A stretch of DNA of 64,000 bases from assembly GCA_000708835.1 (NCBI GenBank), contig DF237048.1, forward strand, positions 1 to 64,000, written 5' to 3'. Shown here one piece after another: positions 44,889-56,200 of this stretch. The translations under genes were made by a program, and so were the position numbers. This DNA is from Klebsormidium nitens. Taxonomy: Eukaryota > Plantae > Klebsormidiophyceae. Under the pieces are notes generated by a model. It had not been told where the DNA came from and did not search any database. It saw only the letters and a list, made by a program, of their open reading frames with translations. The first letter of the stretch is position 1; each line of letters opens with the position of its first letter.

Positions 44889-45458
44889 TCAACGACGCCT
44901 TCAGTCTTCAGAGAATTTCGTTCGCGGACAACGAGAGCAACTCCTCCTGCTCGCCAACTGCCTATTCCAGATCTTGATGCCAAACTCTGGTCGATCACAG
45001 TCTGGTGTTCAGTGCTTGCACTTCTGCAGGCCTTTGTCATGTTTGATATGATGCTGATACGCATATAATTCTTCACAGATTCAGCCCATACGAAACAATT
45101 TTCTGAACCGTCCACAAGTCGATAAAGCAAATCCGAGCAGCTCAGGGATAAACAAAGCCGTATATTCAGGCAGTCTACCGAAGCATAAGCGACTTGAAAG
45201 CAATGCGTTGCAGCCATCATGCTTGCTGCCAATGGAATTTGCATGAGCAAGAACGAGCTAGGACCTAGGTAGGTGTTGGAATCAGTGGAAGAGCCCCTTC
45301 AGGACCTTGGCCGCTCTGGACCACAATATACACTTCAGGACAAGCTTTTCTGGCCTTAGGCTTCAGCTCTTTAACTTTTAAGAGGACGTGCACTGGTCGT
45401 ATCAAGCTTTTCTCCAGCTTCCACTTTAAGTATCTGGTCCAGTGTCTGTTCCGCCACC

Positions 45459-48384
45459 ATGCCGCAGCGGCACTCCAGGAACAACAATGACCTCGCCATC
45501 TTTACATACGAGGAGAGGAGGGCGCTAGGATATGGCACGCAAAAAGAGAGGCTTGGGAAGGACTCTGTGAAACCCTTTGATGCCTGCTCTTTGTGCCTCA
45601 AGACCGTGATTGACCCCATGTGCTGTCAGAAAGGCCACCTGTTCTGCAAAGAGTGCATCTTTGAGTGCCTGCTGGCGCAGAAGAAGGACATTGCAAGGTG
45701 AGAGAGCGCACTTTTTGCTTATTCTTTCCTTGTGGCACTTGAATATGATTGTCAAGAAGAATCGAAGAAAGAAACAAACAGGGGGTCTCTTGAACGAGCT
45801 GGTAGGACGGTGATGTTAGTTCATTGGCGCTTTCATTCAGGAGCGAACTCAAGCAGCCCCTCCTTTAGGAACTGAAACCCAGCGGGGTGCTTTGGAGTCT
45901 GCATCAAATATGTTAAGACGGGTTGAGAATGAGAGTCTGAGCTCACTTCCAGCCAGCCAAGGTTGTGATCCAAATCAATGAGTTGACGGGACGGTTGGGT
46001 CTGAATAAAGATGTTGCATATGAAGACTCAGTCAGGTCTCTAGATGTCTAGTAGGCTTGTGGTTGTATTCCAGTTCATTTTCTATTCACCTTGCCGTCGC
46101 AATCAACGAAGGCCGAGCCTTACATCTTGTTTCTCCCATAAGTGTGGCTAGCAATATATGCCCTCCTTGCTACCTTGTCGCCTTCCCTGCAATGGAAGGG
46201 TAAACTGCAGACCCCAGCACCATATTTGCGTAGTAGATTGCAGTAGTGGTTGCGTGCCCTCAGCCTTGCAGGAATGCTTTGATATGTCTCCTTCCAGATA
46301 GCTTGCTAAGGACTTTGCGACCGCGCATCATGGACACTTCTATAGACTGAAGTATGTGCTGAGACCTGGTTTGGCGGGTGTGCAAACTACGCTGCAATAG
46401 ATGCAATACTTTTTGAGGTTATGAGAAATCACAATTAAAGCAGATACTGGATGATGCAAGAGAAGCAGGTGGGGAATCAGAAACCAAGCTCTGAAAGCTG
46501 TCGTTGTCGATATCTGAAGAGGTAATTCTGAATTGTAAAATGGGCAGGTCTTTTCCGATGTGGACCAGTTTGGATCACCCGGGGGTTGAGGGTGACGGGG
46601 TACTTTCTGAGCAGTACAGACGTGTGTTCTTTCACAAATGCATCAGCCGTTTGTGTTGCAAGCAGCCATGGCCCTCCGAGTTGCCAGGGCAATCCCTGTG
46701 CATCCTAACAACAGGACGGAAGCCTTTCAAAATTGTCAAGAGATTCTCTGGATAATATCTCTTTTAAGATGTCTGCGACAGAGGAGACCACAGGAGACAG
46801 AGTCAGAATGACCATCTTCATGGCCGCCAGCATAAAAGGGTACGAAATGACCACCGCTGCCCCATTTTTATTCGGTCGCCGCGTGTGCTCAATCAGCAGC
46901 TTATGCCAGAAGCTGCTTTAAGGGGCTATTTTCGAAATGGAAGAAAGAAGGTAACGACGTTTAAAAGCGACATTTTCACGATGGTAACATTCTATGCAGG
47001 CAAAAGGCCCTGTACGAGGCGCAGTTGCGAGAGGACCAAGAAGAGCAAAGGCAAAAGGAGTTGCGCGAACGGGAGGCGCAGCTGGCGGCGTTTGACCGGC
47101 AGAACAACGGGGCCCTTCCAACGGCCGGCGAGCGGCGGGCAGAGGGGGAACAAAGCGCAGGCTTTCATGGAGCTTCGAGCAAGAAGGTGAGTTGGCTTAT
47201 CCTTGTGGTGTTAATGTGACGGGTTAAGCGCAGACGATTTATGAGTTCGAGAAAGGAACGAGAGTAGTCAGGCTTGTCTGATAGTTCGAGCAGGCGGTGC
47301 CACGTGCGTTGGCCCCAGATGAGAGGGCCGTTTGCCGAGGCTGGTTCTGGAGCCAGTGCAAGTATGGCAGGTTGCTGCTGTAGAGGTTCGGCCGAAGTCA
47401 AGGTCACCAGTCCGTTTGTTGCAATTAGGGTCCTGAATACTTACCTCCGAGACCCACTCGAATGACTGGTCAAGCATCAATCGTCGGGGCTGACTCTTTG
47501 CTGAGGACGGTGAAAGGTTCCTTCAATCGTGATGGAGAGGGATCTGGACCTCTCGGCTTGTCGAGAGGGGTCCTGTGCAGCAAGACGTGCACAGTATACT
47601 GAGACGCCAAGCGAGATTGTTCCATCTGGCGCTCGCTCAAGCACCTGTAGGATTTGTACCCAGCATCTGTCAGGCAACAGACAAGCTGTCTATTTGCACC
47701 TTGATAGGGTGGCGGTACGATTGAAAAGTAACCCATGCCAAGTCGCATGCGCTCACTTGCTCGACGAAGTGCGTCAGGATCTGCACGTCATCTCCGCAAC
47801 GTGAAGCAATGGTAGCCGAATCAGGGCGGCCTATCAAGTGGTGTGCAGCGCGATCCGTACAGTGTCAACTGAACAAGCTCTTGCCTTTGCAGGTGACGGA
47901 CTTCGAAGCTGAGGCCGTCCGCAACATGAAGGCGTTCTGGTTGCCGCAATTGGCCCCCCAGGCCGAAATTAGGGTAGAGGCGCCGCAACTAGAAACCAAG
48001 TGTCCTGTAGCCTCGGAGAAACTACGCCTCAAAGACCTTTTCGCCATCAACTTCACACCCGACAAGCACGTCGATGAAGGGCCGGGGGCCAAAGACCGCT
48101 TCATTTGCCCGTCCTGTTCATCCACGTTCACTAACACCTCTAGTTTGGTAGCGGTCTCGACGTGCGGGCATGTGCTGTGCTCGAAGTGCGCGGCGAAGTT
48201 CGTCGAAAAAGAGAAGGCGTGCTGTGTGTGCGCTAAGCCGTGCAAGTCGAGGCAACTGGTAGCGGTAGAAAAGGGAGGGACGGGGTTCGCCGGGCATGGG
48301 GATGGCTTGGTAGCGACGGCAGTGAAGGCGCTGGGGGTAGGAAGCGGACTTTCAGATGTTCGGCCAGCAACTCGTGTAACATGA
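45459..48384 (+). CDS. NOSIP: Nitric oxide synthase-interacting protein (split RING/U-box-like E3 ligase); 3 exons
   Basis: Exons 45459-45697, 47000-47186, 47893-48384. Motifs: MPQRHSRNNN, YGTQKERLGKDSVKPFDACSLCL, GHLFCKECI, KAFWLP, KLRLKDLF, FICPSC, CGHVLCSKC, GGTGFAGHG. Confidence 0.95.
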
Positions 48385-49232
48385 GTTTCTGTGTTTCCGA
48401 TTGAGGATTCATTCCTCGCCCTAGCTTGTCCTTGATACTCCGGTCTCAATGGAATTCGGTGGAAATCTGGGTCTCTTGCATGGAACGAGATCAGACGTGT
48501 TTTCCCGTTCTCAAGTATGGCAGCATGTTCCTAAACCGATATGCAATGATTATCACTCCGAGCTTGGTTGAAATTCACATCTGAGCACCGGCAGTTGTCT
48601 TCCTAATGAACGTACTTGCATGCCCTGATAAATCGTCCAGATCAGTCAAGCCGCGCCGCCTAGATCGATTTGACTGTGCGCCCTGTGCACGTCAGCCCAA
48701 GTTCTTACGGGTGCGCAAACTTCAAGCAAGTATATACAATATGTATGGTAGGCTCTCACGTTGCGCGCGGGTGGCAAGGTCGGGAGCAATTACAGCAGCC
48801 AAACTGGAAGCTTGAAGCCTGCTATAGACTCACTGATGTTGCGCGTCGTGGACATGTGCATGCTTTGACCAGCTTTGATCAATCGCGGCCTGAACATGCG
48901 TCATGAATGCATACGTTGATTGCCACTGATGGGTCAGCAGCCGCAGAATTTCAGGACTTGCGGAGGCAGATACTAACCCCGTGACCTAGCTGCTCCAAAG
49001 TCACTTGATTGAACATGATTATTGATTGCAACCGTCGTCGATATCCTACCGTCTTCCGACCATGGAGCAGCCCGGCCACCAACTTTGATGGTGCGCAGCG
49101 CAAAGACCTCATTGGATCATCCGAAAGAAACCATCATTCATCGCGCTGGTGATTGCTATGGTTGAACGCGCATCTCAATACCATATGTGCGGCAATCAAC
49201 GATTGCCACATAGCTACGAATGGCAATCGGTT

Positions 49233-49324
49233 GCTGCAACACTGTTTTGACTGCTGACCGTGAGTCACCTTGACTAAGGCTGCAACAATGTTGTGACTGC
49301 TGACCGTGAGTCACCTTGACTAAG
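49233..49324. repeat. 46-bp direct tandem duplication
   Basis: gctgcaacactgttttgactgctgaccgtgagtcaccttgactaag (49233-49278) is repeated at 49279-49324 with 2 mismatches. Confidence 0.95.
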
Positions 49325-49501
49325 GGCATGTTGACAGAAGGATTGTGCTCGGTTTAGAAAGGAGACCAAAAGCTAACCTAGAAGTGACATGCTCCGTACT
49401 TGTACCCACCCTTAATCCCAAAATAACCCCACACGTCTCCCAGGCACATACGTTGGTCAACATGGCTTCTAGTCAACATGGATTCGAGAGTCAACGCTGT
49501 T

Positions 49502-49845
49502 ATTGTTGACAGAACCCGTGGAAGGAGAACGCGGACTACAGTTTTCAGTTCTGGACCCCCACAAGAGCTGTTACCCTGTGCGCGAGCTTCGAAAGACTTG
49601 GTGTAGCTTGAGGTTGGTTGAGCGGTAACGTAGCCTTGACTAGTCTGCTCTTTGACCGACCGATCGTAACCCCACCGGGGGCTAGAATACCTACCTGGCA
49701 TGCAAATACGGTACAAGACTGTGACCGGGCCGGCCAAAGCCAAGCGACCGGGTGACCAGAAAAGTAACCGTTCTTTGAGCCACGTACGCGCGCATAGGAT
49801 ACCAGTCGGTGTGACGTTCTCCTTCCATGGGTTCTGATCAACAAT
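49502..49845. mobile_element. Foldback/MITE-like element with ~31-bp inverted repeats
   Basis: attgttgacagaacccgtggaaggagaacg (49502-49531) versus the reverse complement of 49815-49845 (attgttgatcagaacccatggaaggagaacg): 1 indel and 1 mismatch. Confidence 0.5.
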
Positions 49846-49977
49846 GTAACCTGAGACATCTGGCTGCACAGAATTCTGCTGACATCAGGATCGATCTGTC
49901 AAGGTATCAGAGCGCCGAATGCTGTGGCCGAGGCTAAAGCTGTAGCCGCTGCCGGGCGTGGTTCGACACCGAGTGTC

Positions 49978-50020
49978 CTCCAACGGTGACAACGGTCCTC
50001 CAACGGTCCTCCAACGGTGA
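49978..50020 (+). promoter_or_regulatory. Cluster of four CAACGGT motifs (MSA/MYB-core-like) about 260 bp upstream of the A2M start
   Basis: CAACGGT at 49981, 49990, 50001 and 50012. The copy at 49999-50008 (TCCAACGGTC) fits the MSA consensus YCYAACGGYY. Confidence 0.45.
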
Positions 50021-50276
50021 CTCTTACCCTCCATTCAGAAGTTCGACTTCGATCTGCAATCACTCGCCCAGCCTTAGAAGCATAGAGACTGCGATTTCGT
50101 CGAACGCAGTTCGACTTTCAACACGAAGAGCCCTGCAAGAGACAGCCTGATTGGCGCAAGACTAATAAATACATCTGATTCAAGTTCCAAAACCTGCGGA
50201 TTGCAGACCAAACAAAGCAAGCAAGTCCAGGAAAAGGCGCTCTCCAACCAGCTCAGACGTTTCTGTATCATCAACC

Positions 50277-53200
50277 ATGGCAGCGCCGCCAAGAACTCTC
50301 ACCGGTGAGTCCTTTGAATGATTGTTGCCCTTGAGCGTCAAGTCCGTAAAGGCTTCAGGATGTTTCCCAGATTGCTCACTGATTGAACAACTTGCTTGGG
50401 AAATGCTGTCACGAAGGAGGGATATTGAACAATGCTCCTAGGCGTCTCCAGCAGGTGGGGTTTTTTCAATATGCTGCGGAAATTTGATTTCAGGCAGCCT
50501 TTGAGCTCGTCTCCGGGTCGCGCTTGCTCCTTTTGGCACAGTCCAAGTGAAATTGGGAAAGAGTCTTGTTCAGTTCAGCGCAGTGTTTTGAACCCTTCTC
50601 CTTGTCATGGACCATGATGCACGCTGGTTTCACCATCAGAATGAGCACTTGAACTGTTAGCGCAGATCAGGAGCTCGATGACATCCTTTTCTGCTGTCTG
50701 GTTTTGAAGACTTTTCTACTACTATATGAGATTCGAGGAAGGTTGGCTTTGTCCACAAAAAATTGGGAGTTCGAAATTGAACAGCTTCCGAGATCCCACT
50801 AGTCAACAAGGAGCGATTCAAGGAGCAGCAGGAAGAGCTTTCTTCTGTGATCACCGTCAAGAAGTTGGTCTGCTCTGCTGGGGATCGCCGCTGTTCGGCA
50901 GTTTGCCAGCATCTTTTCGCAGACTATTCTCTGGTTCAGCATTTGCGCTAAACTCTCAAGTACCATGCCACGGCTTCTGCCAAATGATTTCTTTACAACC
51001 TAAAAGCTAGGTTCCCATCCCATGGCACATTTTTCGGCAAGCTTTTGTTCAAGCGTGACTTCCGGATTCTGTTTCGAAAGCAAGGACGCCCTCTCCGTGT
51101 CCGCTTCCTCAAAATGCATTCTTCTTTTTTTCGTACACTTCGTGAAGTCGTGCAGAGTCAGAAAGAACCTGTTTTCTCGAAGGTTTTTCAGAGCACGTCA
51201 TAGTTCAAGAGGTTTGTTGTGCGTTTGTTCAATCGTCTTCACTTATGCTTTCCAAGAGGCATCATGTAACATTCATAACGTTACTTTGTTCATCGTTCTT
51301 CATCAGCAGGCTTGCTTGTGGCTACGCATGAGGATCAATTATACTCAAATTTTGCGATCCCTGTTCCAACTTTTCCTTGTCCAGCTTTCAATGGCTGAGC
51401 TTCCAAGATTGCTTATCCACTGCCTTACTAACTTCATTTCTATGGATACCAAGTGGCCTTTCTGACCATCTCTTATGAACATTTTCCGCAGCCCTTATGC
51501 ACCCGGAATGGAAGGAGTGTGCGGAATGCCTCTCACCAGAGGGCCGCTGGAGCACCCACGTGTCCACCGACAAGCCGATCTACCGCCAGGGTGACACCTT
51601 CCACATCCGCGCAGTCGTGCTGCACCCCATCACGGGGGAGCCGGTGTCAGACGAGAATCCGCAGAACCGCGCCTACGACATGAACGGCACCATACAGGTA
51701 AGATCTTGGGCCGTATGTTTCAGATGTTGCAGCTTGCCAAACGGATGGAACCTTTGAACGTCAAAGCGGGTATAGCTGGAATCCTCTCAGGGATCATGCA
51801 TTTAATGTAAGAAGGAAACAGCAAGCTCTTTCGTTCGCTTCACGATTTTCGGCGTGTCTTTTCACGCTCGCATCAAGAGGACGAGTTAAGAAGCTATTGT
51901 GACTCTAACAAGTGCTAGCTTCTTTCTCAAAAAGCATCCATGTTGTTTATAGCTCGAAATATCTTTGCACAGATAGAACGAAGAAAGGACCGTGCTGGGA
52001 TATCGAATAACGGCGTTCAAAAGACCAGCGCAACTCTCTCTTGCGCAGGTCATATCGCCAAAGGAAAGCGTGGAGGCGACTATGTACATTGACGGCCCCA
52101 TGGAAAGCGTGATGTATAATAAATGGAGTGTCCCCGAAGGTCTGTCGGGGGGTGAATACACTCTTCGATACACGCCGCGCGGCTACAGCGGTATGGGTCG
52201 GAACAGCCCCCCAGCAGAGCGCAGATTTCAGATCCGCGCTTTCCGGAGCCCCAAGCTGAACGTGAGGGTGGAATTTCTGGGAAGGGGGTACGGCCCCGGG
52301 GATGAGGTCAGGGCGAAGGTGAGAAAGCAGGAGTCAGAATCATCGACAGGGTTCCAGGGGTTGAGGACTGTAGAAAAGTCGGATTGTATTAAAATTCTGG
52401 AAACCTCTATTGGGTCTCTGCAAGATATAAAACTTCACAGATATACAATGGAGCTCGTTCTGTGACGCCTGACAGTCCGGCAAAAAGGGCCCGGGGGCGC
52501 ACGAACGAGCATAGAAGCCTTTAGAAGGTCTAGAATAACGCAGTATATACCTTCGTTCCTCGTTCTTTTTGAATGATATCGTTCACATGTGGAAGGGTGA
52601 CAAGTCAGCAAGGCTGCAGTTCACGTGGTATCGTTCCGCGGCGGCCTCGGAAACAGACAATCTCGTACAAACAGACATTGGTCTGGCCCGTACCGTTATG
52701 ATCAGCTTCTCATTCTCAAACTACAAAGGAACGCTTTGCCAAAGCGGTATGACCATCCATTGAATCTAAAATGTGCTTCTCCGTTCATTCAGCCACATTT
52801 CCACCAATCCTGTCCGTCCAGGTCTCAGTAACCCGCGCCGAAGGCGGCGCGCCCCCGGCCGCGACTCCCGTGACGCTCTCCGCGCGCGTCGACGGTGCCC
52901 CGGTTCACACTTCCCCGGCGGCCCTCGACGATTCGGGGGTATGCTACGTCACCTTTTCGCTCCCCCCCGAAATGAAAGAGGGCCTGGGCGCGCTGAACGC
53001 GCTCGTATCCGACGGGGGAACCGTCGAGAGCGGCAGCAAAACGATCCCGATCGTGCTGCAGACTGTGAACTTGGAGTTCTTCCCCGAAGGCGGGGTGCTG
53101 GTTCCAGGTGGGAATCTCAATTCCAATGTTTGGAAAACTGTTTTGCAATCTGATTAGTAGCATCTGATAGCTCGTCTACAGAGACAACGATTCATGTTCA

Positions 53201-56200
53201 AAGCGACGTGGATTTCTTTCAAACGAAGTGGTAAAAAATGCGCTCTTAAGATGTCTAGTTGTTCGAGAGATGCTTGCGCGAAATTCGCGAGATGCAGCCT
53301 TGACGCGAAGTTCCAAACACGAAGTAGCAGGATCTGGACGAATAGGTACTACGATTGAAAATAACGATATCATTAAGCCGCTACCTTTCTATTCAGGATC
53401 TGATAACATCAATCATACCGGCACAGGTCTCGAGAACCGGGTCTACTTCGAAGCGCGCGACCCAACAGAGGAGCCCGTCGACATCGCTGGAGAGGTGTGG
53501 GCGGTCGGTGGGAATGCGCCCCTTGCCACCTTTGCCGCAGTCCACGAAGGCTGTGGAAATTTCGTATTCACACCGATCGCCGGTCAGGCGTACGAGGCCC
53601 GCATTACCAAACCGGGCAACATCAAGAAACCGGTGCCGTTGCCAGCGGTAGAGGAAGCGATCGCGGACGGGCTGCCACGTGTCGTTCTGCGAGTGGACGG
53701 TTTAGCCGATGCGGAGATGGCCGAGGTGGAGAAACCTCCAAACCCCGAGGAGTTTGCGGTCGACGTCACCGTCGCGAGCGCGGCCGCGGCGCTCTTTCGG
53801 GTCGTTCTGTACAAGCGCGAGGTCGCCCTCGACAGCAAGGACGCGGTGATCCTCTCCCCGGGGGGGTCCAAGAAGCTGTCGCTGCACCCCCCAGGACCGG
53901 AATACGCGGGCGTCCTGCGGGTGACCGTCTTCGCAGAGGACGGCGACGATTGGACGCCCGTCGCGGAGCGGCTCCTTTACCGCGTGCCAGAGAAAAATCT
54001 CCACGTGGCAGTCTCTGGTGGCTCCAGCGCGAGCGGCGGGGGGGACTGCGTCCCTGGGGAAAAGGCCCGGGTGGAGGTGGCGGTAACGGATGCGGCAACG
54101 GGGGAGCCGGTTACCGGGGCCGTGGTGGGGTTAAGCGTGGTGGACAACAGTAACCTGGAGCAGGTGGAGCCGCGCAGGCGGCCGCCGCGCCTGCCCGCGA
54201 TGGCGCTGCTCGAGGACGAGGTGCGGCGCCCAAACCCTTCAACCCCTTAACCCCTTGAAAATAAAACTCTTAACCCTTAACCCTTAAATACTCTTACACT
54301 CTTGAACCGGTTAAACCTTTAACCCTGAATCCTTACACCTGTAAGCATTCAAACCGTTGGACCTTCGAATTTTACAGGCGGCGTGGCCGAAAGCATCCGC
54401 ACCGGCAACCATCTCAACGGTAGAAACAAAAACTTTGATGACCCGTTCAACTTTGATGATCCGTCCGGTCGCAAAGGCTTGGAAGCTGAAGCGCTTCAAT
54501 TCTGTCAGCCGCGAAGCCTAAACTTCGACAGTTTTCGTTGTTCGGGCTCTTGTTTCAAAACCGCTTGTGGCACAATGGGGAAAGCGCACGAGACGGGCAC
54601 GAGAACCGTTTAAGCCGCTCTAGTTGCTGGAGAGAATTCGACCCGGGCCATGACAAAATCTCGCGGTGTTGAGAACGAAGTCAGCGTTCCACTTTCGGCC
54701 ACGAAGGTCTTTGGCCTGGAATCCAGAGTCGTCCGTATCTATTTCTTCAGCGGTTATCACATCGTTCGAGAAGATACATGTTTGGTGCCAAAGAAACGGT
54801 TCGGCCTGGTTAAGATCTAGTGGACCTACTTCTAGCTTGGATCAACCTTCGCAGAAGTGGCTAGCGATCGATCGGCTCTGCTCCTTGTGACAGGTGGCGC
54901 ACCTGGATGACTCCGGCGCGTACATCGACGGCTCGGATCTTCCCGGCGGCTCAGACCCGTCCCTGGCCGTCGATCTTCTGCTGGGCACCCAAGGCTGGCG
55001 CCGCTTCCTGTACCGTGACCCCCTGGAAAAGCTGCTCGAAAACGGTATCGAAGACCAAGGCCAAAAGGTACGGACCTTATCAAGAGTCTGGTGACGTCAT
55101 GTCAAAGTCCCGGGAGCGATCTGCCTTGTCTTTCCTGCGGCCTGTTGGGATCGAAGCTAAGAGATCAAAGGCATAGACTTGTCAAAAGCGTCGCAAGAGG
55201 ATGAGATGCAGAAATGATTTGGCCATTTGGGTTTCGCCACCCAGCCTCTGCCGCTTGGCATCGTTCTCGAAGCGAAAAATGTAAACCGTTGCCTCTTCTG
55301 CTAATCCAACGCGGCACGAACCGATTGTGGTTGATCAGTTTTGTTTGAAGTCTCAGAAACTCACTGCTCGCAAGAAACAAACGGAACTGTGCGAGACGTG
55401 CATCAAGTAGTGAAGTTGTTAGTGGGTCGGTAACTCTGGAAACACGAGCTGCAAGTTTTTGCTAGCACTCTGTCAATATCCTCTTGCAGAAGCCACAAAT
55501 AATGCATCAAGAGCGGATGAAGTACATTCAGGGACTGTACAGGGGAGTCAGGGTACCCGGCCAGGGATCGAAACAACGCTTGCACACTGCAAAACAGTTG
55601 CGTCGTACAAGGCGTAACACTCGAGTCGTCGAGGCTTCAGCCAAGACCAAGCAAAACGCTCGTTCTCATTCAGCGCATCTTTGTCCTGACACTCGATCGT
55701 GCATCAAAAAGCGTAAACAGCACAGCGCCACATCTGACATCTGACAGGAAAGCATCAAAATAACCAGTAAAAGAAGAAAATGAACGAGAGTTTGCTGCTT
55801 TTTTTGGCAGGCGAAGGCGCAGCGCGCGGCCGGCGTGCGCGTCAACAAGGATCCGTACGGTCACTCGTACTACCAGGGGATGGCCCCGGGCGCAGCTTTT
55901 GGCGCGAGCGCGGGCGCGGTCGGAGGAGCAACGGAGGACGAGGAAGATGAAGACATGGGGTTCAGCTTGTACGATGCTGATGAGTGAGACATCTGAACCC
56001 TTTCTTGTATGTTCGTCGCGAGGTCAAGGTCTATGATATTGAGGAGTTAGGTAAACCCTTTCTTGTATATTCGTCGCGGGAGTAAGGTTGCAGTTACACG
56101 AGATCTTGCCCGATCAGAAATTGGAGGTGATAAAGTACTTGAGTTGTTGTGTCCCACGTCTAGGGTCTACGAGCGAAGGGCTGAACATTTTTGAATCCTC

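Noticed and set aside
49378-49869. 163-aa minus-strand ORF as a transposase
   Set aside because: No DDE or other motif. It simply spans the inverted-repeat element.
54379-54420. Extra 42-nt A2M exon (ttttacag...gtagaa)
   Set aside because: Weak donor, and direct joining MALLEDE/VAHLDD already gives the expected continuous motif.
55811-55983. Independent ribosomal P1/P2 gene
   Set aside because: There is no N-terminal P-protein dimerisation domain or own start, and the exon is phase-matched to A2M exons on both sides.
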